Positions 20,452 to 29,287 of a DNA stretch of 64,000 bases are shown one piece after another. The first letter of the stretch is position 1. Each line of letters begins with the position of its first letter. This DNA is from Candidatus Levyibacteriota bacterium (GTDB lineage Bacteria > Patescibacteriota > Microgenomatia > Levybacterales > UBA12049): NCBI GenBank assembly GCA_018061075.1, contig JAGOUW010000001.1:103105-167104 (forward strand), in the 5' to 3' direction. The position numbers and the translations under genes are program-made. The notes beneath the pieces were generated by a model. That model was given only the letters and a program-made list of their open reading frames with translations. It did no database searches and was not told the origin of the DNA.

Positions 20452-20952
20452 ATGGTTAAGCTTTCAGATATTCACGAGGATTATCTAAGAAGTATTATTT
20501 TTGGTTTTCAGGATTCTTTAGTATCTACTACTGGGGTAATAGCTGGAGTTGCAGCAGGAACACAGAACAAAGAGCTCGTTATTTTAGCTGGCTTGGTGAC
20601 TATAACTGTCGAGTCTTTATCTATGGGCGCAGGACAATATATGAGCGAAAAATCTGTGCATCAGATGGATAAGACCGGAAAGCATACAGATAGCTTAGTG
20701 GTTGGTGGTGGACTAATGGCACTTTCTTACTTTCTCGGAGGACTAGTTTCATTAACTCCAATCGTATTTTTAAGATTACCCTTATCTGCATCTATTAGTA
20801 TACTTGCTGCTATGGTTGGTCTTTTCGTATTGGGTTTATTTAAAGCGCATATTGTAAAAGTTAATCCTTTAAGAAGTGCAATAGAAATTCTAATTCTTGG
20901 TGGCGCTGCGACATTAATGGGGCTTTTGGTTGGGAAGTTTTTTAAAATCTAA
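20452..20952 (+). CDS. VIT1/CCC1 family iron/manganese transporter
   Basis: 'SIIFGFQDSLVSTTGVIAGVAAG' and 'SMGAGQYMS' motifs. TGaTAGAAT sits 6 nt upstream of the ATG. Confidence 0.75.
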   Translation: MVKLSDIHEDYLRSIIFGFQDSLVSTTGVIAGVAAGTQNKELVILAGLVTITVESLSMGAGQYMSEKSVHQMDKTGKHTDSLVVGGGLMALSYFLGGLVSLTPIVFLRLPLSASISILAAMVGLFVLGLFKAHIVKVNPLRSAIEILILGGAATLMGLLVGKFFKI

Positions 20953-21033
20953 TTAAAAAAGATAAATAAAACAACAGCTATTGAAATCCCAACTGATACA
21001 ACTGCAAATCCCAAAGAAAGATTTTTTATCCAA

Positions 21034-22038
21034 TTAAACTCGGCTTTTTTGTCCATTGATTATCTCAACAATTTCTTTTGAAAGTTTTTCTGGATCATGT
21101 CTTATTATCCCGCGTCTCAATGCATCGTTTTTATCTGCTTTTATTATTACGTCTTTAATTAAATTTTTTCTAATTATATTATAGTCAGAGTCTCCTAAAT
21201 CATCTTCTACTGGATTTTCCTCAAAATCTTCGTACCATTCAAGAGTAGCTTCTCTTGGCATTTTTGAGTTCATTAATATAAAATCTACAACACCTTTTCC
21301 TAAATATTTTTCAAGGTTTTCAATATGATTTTTTGCAGTGTAGTTAGTGGTTTGTCCATATTTAGTCATTAGATTCATTACAAATATTTTCTTTGCTTTA
21401 GAGTTTTTTATTACTTCTGAGACCCCGGTAACCAATAGGTTTGGAATAATGCTTGTATATAAGTCACCAGGACCGATTAAAATATAGTCAGCTTTTTCAA
21501 TAGCTTTTTTGGCATCTTCGTTTAGTTCTGCTTCTGGTTGTAGGTATGCTCTTACTATCCCTGATCTTTTTTGCATTTTTTCCAAAACATCGATATGAGT
21601 TTCACCAACTATTGATGTTCCGTCTTCTAGATCTACACAAAGATTTGTATTTTTTGTAAATGTAATAGGCACTACATTTCCTTTAATTCTCAATATTTTT
21701 CCAACTTCAGAAATCGCCTTTTTCATACTGCCTGTATTTTTTTCTAGAGTTGAAAGAAATATATTTCCAAAACTATGTCCTTTAAGTCCGCCTTCTTCAA
21801 ATCTATAATTAAACATGTCCCGCATTAATTTAGAAGATTCTGAAAGAGCGACCAAGCATTGTCTTATGTCTCCGGGCGGAAGAACGCCAAGTTCGTCTCG
21901 TAGTTTTCCACTAGATCCTCCGCTGTCCATCATGGTGACAATTGCGGTTAGCTTAAAATTATATTTTTTAAGACCCTCAAGAGCTACATAGCTCCCAGTG
22001 CCGCCTCCGATTGTTACAACTTTTGGTATTTTAGTCAT
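21034..22038 (-). CDS. YvcK/CofD-like (UPF0052) gluconeogenesis-factor family protein
   Basis: 'VVTIGGGTGSY' and 'DSGGSSGKLRDE...PPGDIRQC'. Confidence 0.85.
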   Translation of the reverse strand: MTKIPKVVTIGGGTGSYVALEGLKKYNFKLTAIVTMMDSGGSSGKLRDELGVLPPGDIRQCLVALSESSKLMRDMFNYRFEEGGLKGHSFGNIFLSTLEKNTGSMKKAISEVGKILRIKGNVVPITFTKNTNLCVDLEDGTSIVGETHIDVLEKMQKRSGIVRAYLQPEAELNEDAKKAIEKADYILIGPGDLYTSIIPNLLVTGVSEVIKNSKAKKIFVMNLMTKYGQTTNYTAKNHIENLEKYLGKGVVDFILMNSKMPREATLEWYEDFEENPVEDDLGDSDYNIIRKNLIKDVIIKADKNDALRRGIIRHDPEKLSKEIVEIINGQKSRV

Positions 22039-22654
22039 ATATTAAGCTTTTTAATTCCAGTAGATCTTTAATTTTAATTATATCTGAATTTTCAAATTCA
22101 TTTTTTCTATCAATTAAAATTAAATTTGCTTCAGTATTTATTTTTCTAATTGATTCTAAAACTTCAGGCTCGTTATCTATAAAGTAAGTATTTAAATCTT
22201 GATATATTTCCAGTACTTCATTAATTTTGTCAATTTTATTTTTAAAGATATGAATGTCATCGGTTTCGATTAAGTCTGAAAGGAAAGAAATCTTTTGTTT
22301 TTGAAAGCTCTCCTCGCCTTTAGAGAAAATCCCGATATCTCCAATTCTTCCCAAATCTTTAATGACTGAAGCGTCTTTATACACGTTTTTATTAAATAAA
22401 TCAATATTCCAGAAGATTTTTTCTAAGGAAGTACGGCTTATATCCGGAAAAGTTTCAATAACTTTATCTAGAAAATTTGTGGGATTGAAATAGCCAATTT
22501 CAGTTTTTGTTTCTGAATAAATATTCCTAATTTTATTCAAATCATTTTCTTTTAGTTTAAAATTTGTCGTTAGTTCGTTATAAAAATCATCAAGAAAAGA
22601 CTTAGGATCAAATATGGTTTCGTCTATATCAAAGAGGAGAATTTTACCTTTCAT
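22031..22654 (-). CDS. HAD-superfamily hydrolase
   Basis: The motif I 'LLFDIDETIFD' (DxDxT) is the only motif recognised. Confidence 0.5.
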   Translation of the reverse strand: MKGKILLFDIDETIFDPKSFLDDFYNELTTNFKLKENDLNKIRNIYSETKTEIGYFNPTNFLDKVIETFPDISRTSLEKIFWNIDLFNKNVYKDASVIKDLGRIGDIGIFSKGEESFQKQKISFLSDLIETDDIHIFKNKIDKINEVLEIYQDLNTYFIDNEPEVLESIRKINTEANLILIDRKNEFENSDIIKIKDLLELKSLIYD

Positions 22655-23256
22655 TTAATAGTTTCTTCATTTAAATGAACTCCAAATACATTTGTTAGGG
22701 GAAATACTTTGGAATTTTTAGCAAGTATAGTTCCAGGATTTAAAACAGAATTAACTCCAATCCTTGAAGAATCACCTATTATGGCTCCAAACTTGGCAAG
22801 TCCAGTTTCAATTTCATCTCCCTCGTTTTTAATTTTTATATTTGCTCCATCTAGTCTAAAGTTTGCGGTAATCGCACCTGCTGAAAAGTTTACATTAGTG
22901 CCAATTATGCTATCACCAACATAATTAAAATGTGCGATATGAGTATCATTGAGAACAACTGAATTTTTTAACTCGACGCTGTGACCTATGTGCACATTAT
23001 CACCCAGGATGACATTTTCTCTTATATAAGCACCATGTGCGATAAAACAATTTTTCCCAATTATCGCAGGACCTTTAATAAGTGCTCCCTCTTCAACAAC
23101 TGTTCCCTCTCCCAAGGTAACGCTCTGTTGGGAATTGTTTTTAATAAAATTTGAAATTTTAGAAAGAACTTCCCAGACATTTTCCACTTCGAAAATTGAT
23201 TTATGTTCGAAGCTTGAAAGATCAAAAAATACACTTGAATCGAATGTGTTTTTCAT
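22651..23256 (-). CDS. left-handed beta-helix (hexapeptide repeat) transferase, GlmU C-terminal-like
   Basis: Repeated [LIV]-G-x4 hexapeptides across the C-terminal 130 aa. TGtTATAAT sits 6 nt upstream of the ATG. Confidence 0.6.
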   Translation of the reverse strand: MKNTFDSSVFFDLSSFEHKSIFEVENVWEVLSKISNFIKNNSQQSVTLGEGTVVEEGALIKGPAIIGKNCFIAHGAYIRENVILGDNVHIGHSVELKNSVVLNDTHIAHFNYVGDSIIGTNVNFSAGAITANFRLDGANIKIKNEGDEIETGLAKFGAIIGDSSRIGVNSVLNPGTILAKNSKVFPLTNVFGVHLNEETIK

Positions 23257-23262
23257 GGCTAA

Positions 23263-23271
23263 ATTATAACA
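23263..23271 (-). promoter_or_regulatory. extended -10 (TGtTATAAT), 6 nt before ATG 23256
   Basis: Read directly. Confidence 0.6.
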
Positions 23272-23281
23272 TAAAAAAGGG

Positions 23282-23290
23282 TGTTATAAT
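23282..23290 (+). promoter_or_regulatory. extended -10 (TGtTATAAT), 6 nt before msrA ATG 23297
   Basis: Read directly. Confidence 0.6.
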
Positions 23291-23296
23291 GGCATT

Positions 23297-23842
23297 ATGG
23301 AAAAAGCTACATTTGGCGGAGGCTGTTTTTGGTGTACAGAAGCGATATTCCAGAGATTAATTGGCGTTAAGTCTGCCGTGCCTGGTTATTCAGGTGGAGA
23401 TCTTCCAAACCCAACGTATGAAGAGGTTTCTGAGGGAGAGACTGGGCATGCAGAAGCGGTTCAAATTGAGTTTGATCCAGAGCTCATCCCATTTAAAAAA
23501 CTGCTTGAAGTCTTTTTTTATACACATGACCCAACAACTCCAAATCAGCAAGGAAATGATATGGGTCCGCAATATCGTTCAAGCGTTTTTTATCATGACG
23601 AAAAACAGAAAAAAGATACAGAGGATTTTATAAAAGAATTAGAAATCGCTAAAACATTTCCAAGGCCAATAGTAACTACAGTTGAACCTTTTAAAAATTT
23701 TTATGAAGCAGATGATTATCATAAAAATTATTATGAAAGAAATAAAGGCGCTATGTATTGTAGTTATGTAATCGGTCCAAAGATCCATAAGTTACTAGAA
23801 AAATACGGAAAAGATATTAAAGATGAATATATAAATAAATAA
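23297..23842 (+). CDS. msrA: peptide-methionine (S)-S-oxide reductase
   Basis: 'ATFGGGCFWCTEAIF' active site and 'GHAEAVQIEFDP'. TGtTATAAT sits 6 nt upstream of the ATG. Confidence 0.9.
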   Translation: MEKATFGGGCFWCTEAIFQRLIGVKSAVPGYSGGDLPNPTYEEVSEGETGHAEAVQIEFDPELIPFKKLLEVFFYTHDPTTPNQQGNDMGPQYRSSVFYHDEKQKKDTEDFIKELEIAKTFPRPIVTTVEPFKNFYEADDYHKNYYERNKGAMYCSYVIGPKIHKLLEKYGKDIKDEYINK

Positions 23843-24742
23843 TCATCTTTTGGTTCTTTCTAATAATCCTAATGAAACCCGAGCTATAGTTCTTGCTCTT
23901 AGAATGGGCATGGTATGAATGGGGGGTTTTTCTCCAGCTAGAAACCTAACATATGGACTGTTCTGAAAGATCGTTCTTTTAAGTGCTTCTTCTCTTTCGT
24001 ATTGATTAAGTCTTCTAAAACCGGGTATAAACCTTTCTGGTTCTGATACCAAATCTTCAGCACCATTGATTACAACTATTGGAATATTTATTTCTTTTAA
24101 TCTCGGATTTCTTCTAGAAATTTCTCTCACCTGATAGGCTAGTCTTCTTGGATAGTTAAATTTTGTTCTTTTAAGTTCGAGTACTTGTCCCGCTATGATG
24201 CCTTGACCACTCTGGCCTAGGGGTCTCATGAAGGTTCGATTCACCCTTTTTTTGCTTTGAATTCCGTGTCTAGCGAAGGCTAGCATTGGGTCGACTTGTT
24301 CACTTTCATACAATCCGGCAGCACCCAGTAGGGCAAGTCCTTCAGGTTTGATTTTTGATTTTTGCAGAATAACTGCCAAATTAGCTGCCTTAATTCCTCC
24401 TTCAGAATAGCCTACTATAGTAGTGCTTTCAGTTTTTGCACGTTCTAAAAATTGAGCGACGGCAGCGGATTCTGTAAGAAGTGAGTTGTCGAAGATTTCA
24501 TGTGGCTTTGTATCGATAATAATTACTTTTCTTTTGCCTTCTTCTGCAAAAGCATGACCAAGCATTTGAGCAGATCTTGAATTTGCATTATTTCCCCATC
24601 CTGGAAAAATAACAATTGGATCATAAGTAAGTGGGCCAATAAGATCTGGCTGTATAGTTCTTGAATTAACCCTAATTATCCTACCATTCACAGCGAAATC
24701 ACTAGAAGTATCTGTTGGAATTAGACTAGTCTCAGTTCTCAT
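23843..24742 (-). CDS. alpha/beta-hydrolase-like protein (GC-rich)
   Basis: Nucleophile elbow 'VGYSEGG' after 'IVIFPGWG'. Higher G+C (24241-24300 = 27/60). TATAAT sits 6 nt upstream of the ATG. Confidence 0.5.
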   Translation of the reverse strand: MRTETSLIPTDTSSDFAVNGRIIRVNSRTIQPDLIGPLTYDPIVIFPGWGNNANSRSAQMLGHAFAEEGKRKVIIIDTKPHEIFDNSLLTESAAVAQFLERAKTESTTIVGYSEGGIKAANLAVILQKSKIKPEGLALLGAAGLYESEQVDPMLAFARHGIQSKKRVNRTFMRPLGQSGQGIIAGQVLELKRTKFNYPRRLAYQVREISRRNPRLKEINIPIVVINGAEDLVSEPERFIPGFRRLNQYEREEALKRTIFQNSPYVRFLAGEKPPIHTMPILRARTIARVSLGLLERTKR

Positions 24743-24781
24743 TGCGGGATTATAAACACCTTAGCTTCAGAAAACAATATA

Positions 24782-24802
24782 TGATAAAATATGCGTAGGA
24801 GG
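24782..24802 (+). promoter_or_regulatory. extended -10 (TGaTAAAAT) followed by AGGAGG Shine-Dalgarno for the 27-aa ORF
   Basis: Read directly. The SD lies 5 nt before ATG 24808. Confidence 0.55.
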
Positions 24803-24807
24803 AAATT

Positions 24808-24891
24808 ATGGCAAAGTCTAAAAGAAAAACACTTGGTAAAGGTCCATTTGCAAAAAGAAAAAAAGGAATAAGACGCGGAACTGGAAGATAA
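24808..24891 (+). CDS. unannotated 27-aa highly basic peptide (MAKSKRKTLGKGPFAKRKKGIRRGTGR)
   Basis: Below the ORF-track cutoff. AGGAGG (24797..24802) lies 5 nt before the ATG, and TGaTAAAAT (24782..24790) is upstream. The ORF fills the gap between two convergent genes exactly. Confidence 0.5.
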   Translation: MAKSKRKTLGKGPFAKRKKGIRRGTGR

Positions 24892-26607
24892 TTATCCGAA
24901 AGTAAAAGCGAAAACTTCTACCCCCTCATCTTGGAATTCTAGTCTAAGAGTGTGATTTTCTATTTCATCTAAGTTTACTAAGTCATAAAGCCGATCAGAA
25001 TTTACGGTGATCACTCCGTTATTAATATCAATTCCCGATTGGTTTTCTGAAATAAGTTTTCCGTCTATATAAACTTTTATTTCTTTAGGAGTTTCATTAT
25101 TTGATCTCATCACCAGGAAAACTTTACTCGCATTAAAATTATATTCAAGGATAGAGTTTGGTGTGCTTGTGGAATGCTCATCTGACACTATCCATCTTCC
25201 TCCAAGTGCGAATTTATTTCTTGGAATATTTTTTTCTAAAATAAATGAACGCTCACCGTTTGAGGCTTTTCCATTTGGATGCAGATAATCCATGCGTTCG
25301 GATCCAAGATATGTTTCGTGAGATAGCTCTGAATATTTTATTTCCTGTTCTTTATTATTAATTTGATTTGAAACATCATTTCCCGAGTCCCTTAAGAGCT
25401 CCTGAATTACTTTTTCTGTGGTGTCGTATTCCCCTTCGCCAAAATGGAAATATCTAATTTCTCCATCCTTGTCAATTAAATATTTTGCGGGCCAATATCT
25501 ATTTGAGTAGGCGCTCCATGTAGAAAAATTATTGTCTTGAACGACCGGATAAGTTATCTCGTAATCAGAAATTGCTTTATTTAAATTATTTACATTTTTT
25601 TCAAATTCAAATTCCGGAGAGTGGACGCCAATTATTACAAGTCCTTTATCCCTATATTTCTCATTCCAATCTTTTAAATAAGGAAGGGTCCGAATACAAT
25701 TTATGCAAGTATATGTCCAAAAATCTACTAGAACAACTTTTCCGCGAAGACTTGAGATTTGAAGAGGCTCTGAATTAATCCATTCTCCTCCGGGAATTAT
25801 TTCAGGAGCAGGGCCATAATTTCCAAGAGTTGTAGATTGACCGCTTGAATCTTTAGACTCACCCTTGAATATGTTATTTAATTGATCTTTTACCGCAGAG
25901 TTTTCTTCAATTTTAGTTAAACCTGTTCCGTAAGAAGGAAATTTATCTAAAATAAAAACTTGAAATTTTCTGTCTATATTAAAAAAGATTCCTATGGCAG
26001 TAAGAATCATGAGAACGCCGAAAACTTTTTGAATTTTAGCGGTGTTAGGTAAAAGCCATGGAATTTTTTGAAGAAGACCTCGTCCACCAATCATAATCGC
26101 AAGCATAGGAATTGCTGTTCCTAGGGCGTATGAAAGAGTTATAAAAAATGCTGCAAAATTAACAGAACTAGTGGCAGCCAAAGTTATAACTGAAGCAATA
26201 ATTGGCCCTACGCATGGAGTCCACACAAGGCCAAGGCTTAAGCCAATAAATACGCCGCCATGAAAACCTTCATGATTCCCTTTGACCGCAAATCTACCGG
26301 AAAGACGTGAGAATAATCTTTCCATGAAAACTTGAAACTGCGGAAGAATAAGGCTTATTCCAAAAATTAGAATAATAATTATTGAAAGACTTCTTAATGC
26401 GTCGGCTGAAATTCCAGTAGCTTTTACTAATGCAGAAAGGAAAAGAGTGAACAGCGTAAAGCTTAATACAAATCCTACGACGATACCTAAAGGTTTTCTT
26501 TTAGAGCCAAAGCTTCCCGACAAAACAATTGGAAGAATTGGCAGAATACACGGAGAAAGAATAGTTATTATTCCAGCTAGGAATGCAAATGCAATTAAAA
26601 TTAACAT
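24892..26607 (-). CDS. DipZ-like fusion: CcdA/DsbD membrane thiol-disulfide transporter + thioredoxin-like domain + C-terminal domain
   Basis: N-terminal 'SPCILPILP' and 'WTPCVGP' CcdA motifs. TlpA-like 'FWTYTCINCIRTLP' CxxC. Confidence 0.75.
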   Translation of the reverse strand: MLILIAFAFLAGIITILSPCILPILPIVLSGSFGSKRKPLGIVVGFVLSFTLFTLFLSALVKATGISADALRSLSIIIILIFGISLILPQFQVFMERLFSRLSGRFAVKGNHEGFHGGVFIGLSLGLVWTPCVGPIIASVITLAATSSVNFAAFFITLSYALGTAIPMLAIMIGGRGLLQKIPWLLPNTAKIQKVFGVLMILTAIGIFFNIDRKFQVFILDKFPSYGTGLTKIEENSAVKDQLNNIFKGESKDSSGQSTTLGNYGPAPEIIPGGEWINSEPLQISSLRGKVVLVDFWTYTCINCIRTLPYLKDWNEKYRDKGLVIIGVHSPEFEFEKNVNNLNKAISDYEITYPVVQDNNFSTWSAYSNRYWPAKYLIDKDGEIRYFHFGEGEYDTTEKVIQELLRDSGNDVSNQINNKEQEIKYSELSHETYLGSERMDYLHPNGKASNGERSFILEKNIPRNKFALGGRWIVSDEHSTSTPNSILEYNFNASKVFLVMRSNNETPKEIKVYIDGKLISENQSGIDINNGVITVNSDRLYDLVNLDEIENHTLRLEFQDEGVEVFAFTFG

Positions 26608-26608
26608 A

Positions 26609-27073
26609 CTATTTGATATTGGTTAGTAGCACTTCAGTTTGTCCGCCGTTCCATTTTGTTATTTCATTTCCGTTTAAATCGATTTGAACAAAAGTGTGTT
26701 GATAGGTAACATTATATTTTTTAGCTAATTCTTTTTCATCGGTATCAGTATCAGGGTCGTTATAATTCACTCTAATTAATGTCAGGTCGCTAGAAAAGTT
26801 ATTTTGGTTTTCCTTGAAGTTCGCATCTGCGGGTCTACAAGTCGGACACCATGATGCATAAAAAAACAGAACTCGTCGTTTATCCCTAGAACTTTCTAGG
26901 CTTTCTTTTGAATACTCAAAATATTTCTCTGAATTGATAGCTGTTGAAGATTCACTGGTAACTTGAATAGAGTTGGTATTAGAAACATCTTTATTTGATG
27001 AGACTATGTAAAAACCAATTATTATTGCGAGGGCAATTGTTAATAGTGAGACTATTATTATCATTTTTTTCAT
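26609..27073 (-). CDS. membrane-anchored thioredoxin-like protein
   Basis: Signal-anchor helix followed by 'FFYASWCPTCRP'. Confidence 0.7.
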   Translation of the reverse strand: MKKMIIIVSLLTIALAIIIGFYIVSSNKDVSNTNSIQVTSESSTAINSEKYFEYSKESLESSRDKRRVLFFYASWCPTCRPADANFKENQNNFSSDLTLIRVNYNDPDTDTDEKELAKKYNVTYQHTFVQIDLNGNEITKWNGGQTEVLLTNIK

Positions 27074-27174
27074 AATTACTAATAGTTTAACGCATTTACA
27101 TGATAAGTTCTATTAATAGGAATAAATAACAATTAAAAATTAAATATGCTATTATGATTTTGCCTGCCGAATAG

Positions 27175-27618
27175 ATGGCAAAAAAAAGAAAACAAATCAA
27201 AAGAATAAATAATTTTCTTTTCTCAAAAGCTCTTCTTCCTGTTTTAATTACATTTTTCTTAAGACTTCTTGTGTTAGTATCTCTTGTTGGGTTTTTTGGT
27301 GGAATTGTTAAAACACTTTTAGGACTGCAATTATTATTTGATCATAGTGTTGAAGAGGCTTTAAGAGAGCTTCTTTTAAATGTAATTACTCTCCTAGCAG
27401 TAGTAGAAGTTATAAGAACAGTGATGAGCTATTTAAGTGAAGGAAGAGTAAAGGTGACTTTTATAGTAGATACTGTATTAATAGTTATGCTTAATGAAAT
27501 AATTTCTCTCTGGTTTAGGGGCCCAACTCTAACGAGTGTCACTGTTTTGGTCATTATGATAGCAACTTTAATTTTTGTAAGACTTTTGGCAATCCGCTTT
27601 TCTCCAGATGGAGACTAA
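27175..27618 (+). CDS. PsiE-like small polytopic membrane protein
   Basis: Four TM helices. 'LLAVVEVIRTV' resembles the PsiE family; the call is weak. Confidence 0.4.
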   Translation: MAKKRKQIKRINNFLFSKALLPVLITFFLRLLVLVSLVGFFGGIVKTLLGLQLLFDHSVEEALRELLLNVITLLAVVEVIRTVMSYLSEGRVKVTFIVDTVLIVMLNEIISLWFRGPTLTSVTVLVIMIATLIFVRLLAIRFSPDGD

Positions 27619-27667
27619 ATTCTAATATAAGAGCAAGTTAGATCCACTTGTTTAGAAAATTGATCTG

Positions 27668-27676
27668 TGTTTAAAT
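27668..27676 (+). promoter_or_regulatory. extended -10 (TGtTTAAAT), 7 nt before GTG 27684
   Basis: Read directly. Confidence 0.5.
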
Positions 27677-27683
27677 TTGTAGA

Positions 27684-28634
27684 GTGAAAAACAGGATACA
27701 TTACGGGCTACTTTATCTAGGATTATTATTAATTCTTATTCCAATATCAGTTTACATGCTGGCATCCTCTCAGGAGGAGAAACCTCAAGATAAAAAAGTT
27801 CTTTCTGTTAGTGATTCAATAAAGCCTACATTAACCCCAGAGAATACAAAAGAAAGTAAGCTTAAGAATATAACAGATCAATACATAAGTTCTAATGAGG
27901 GTAATTATTCAGTCGTTGTTAAGAACTTAAAAACGGGCGAGGAGTATAGATATAATCCTAATAAAAAATATGACAGCGCGAGTCTTTATAAGCTTTGGGT
28001 GATGGCTGTTGCATATCAAGATATCAAAGACGGAAAGCTTAAGGAAGATGATGTTTTAAGCGCTCCGTTAATTAATCTTAATGATACTCTTTCAACCGCT
28101 ACTCCTACGCCAACGCCTCCTGATTTTACTCCAGCCCCAGTAACTGGAGAACCAGAAAAGATAAGTATGACCGTAGGGGAAGCATTAGAGAAGATGATAA
28201 CTATTTCAGATAATTATGCTGCTGTTTTACTGTCTTCAAAGGTAGGGAGTAAAAAAATAGCAAATTTTATTAAAGATTTTGGGTTTACGAATTCCAATTA
28301 CAAGCAACCACCTCAAACTTCGGCTGGCGATATCAGTTTATTTTTTGAAACTTTATATAGAGGCGAAATTATTGACTTAGAATATTCAGAAATGATGGCA
28401 GGTTTATTAAAAAGACAAACATTAAATGACAGAATTCCTAAGTATCTAGACGGAGTAGAAGTTGCACATAAAACTGGCGAGCTTTTCGCTTCCAAGCACG
28501 ACGGCGGAATTGTTTATTCACAAAAAGGCGACTATATAATAGTAGTATTGTCGGAAACGAAAGATTATAAAAAGGCTGCAGAAAATATAGCTAAATATTC
28601 AGAAGCAGTTTTCAAATATTTTGAAGAATCTTAA
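27684..28634 (+). CDS. membrane-anchored class A beta-lactamase-like serine hydrolase (paralog of 6777..7667)
   Basis: 'SASLYKL' (SxxK), 'ISDNYAA' (SDN) and 'HKTGE' (KTG). GTG start sits 7 nt after TGtTTAAAT. Confidence 0.6.
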   Translation: MKNRIHYGLLYLGLLLILIPISVYMLASSQEEKPQDKKVLSVSDSIKPTLTPENTKESKLKNITDQYISSNEGNYSVVVKNLKTGEEYRYNPNKKYDSASLYKLWVMAVAYQDIKDGKLKEDDVLSAPLINLNDTLSTATPTPTPPDFTPAPVTGEPEKISMTVGEALEKMITISDNYAAVLLSSKVGSKKIANFIKDFGFTNSNYKQPPQTSAGDISLFFETLYRGEIIDLEYSEMMAGLLKRQTLNDRIPKYLDGVEVAHKTGELFASKHDGGIVYSQKGDYIIVVLSETKDYKKAAENIAKYSEAVFKYFEES

Positions 28635-29209
28635 TTTAAATCTCTGAATTCAATTTTTGTAATAAGTGAATTTTTTCTTTGTAGCGGTGAATTTCTTATT
28701 TGTTTCCTGTAATGCTCCTGAACAATTATTTTCGAATAATCACTTACTTTCTGAATAAACTCAATTCCATTAAGGTGGTCATATTCATGCTGAATGACAC
28801 GAGCTAAAATTCCATCCGACTTTAATCTAAATTTTTTTCCGTTTTCGTCAGTTGCTTCAACTTCAATTTCTCGAGGTCTTAAAACTGGTCCAAAATCAGA
28901 AACACTTCCGCACCCTTCATATATTAAATTTTGATCTTTTGATTTAAATGTAATTTTAGGATTTATAAAAATCCTGAGCTTATCTGTTTTTCCAATTTTT
29001 CGGGCTTTTGTTGATCTCGGATGAGTTACGAAGATCATAGAATTTTCTCCAATCTGAGGAGCTGCAATTCCAATTAAATCAACTTTATACATCGTTGATA
29101 CCAAATCCCTTATTAGTTTTTTAACTTCCGGTGTATCAAGTTTATTAAGTAGTTTGTTATCTGCCTTTAAGCGAGGATCTCCTGCCCTTATTACATTTCT
29201 AACTGCCAT
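28631..29209 (-). CDS. def: peptide deformylase
   Basis: 'GIAAPQIG', 'EGCGSV' and 'HEYDHLNG' metal-binding motifs. Confidence 0.85.
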   Translation of the reverse strand: MAVRNVIRAGDPRLKADNKLLNKLDTPEVKKLIRDLVSTMYKVDLIGIAAPQIGENSMIFVTHPRSTKARKIGKTDKLRIFINPKITFKSKDQNLIYEGCGSVSDFGPVLRPREIEVEATDENGKKFRLKSDGILARVIQHEYDHLNGIEFIQKVSDYSKIIVQEHYRKQIRNSPLQRKNSLITKIEFRDLN

Positions 29210-29287
29210 ACTAAATATAATTATATCACGATTTCAATAAACTCCTTGACTTAGCAGTCTATTTTCGTATATAAGAAATATATATTT

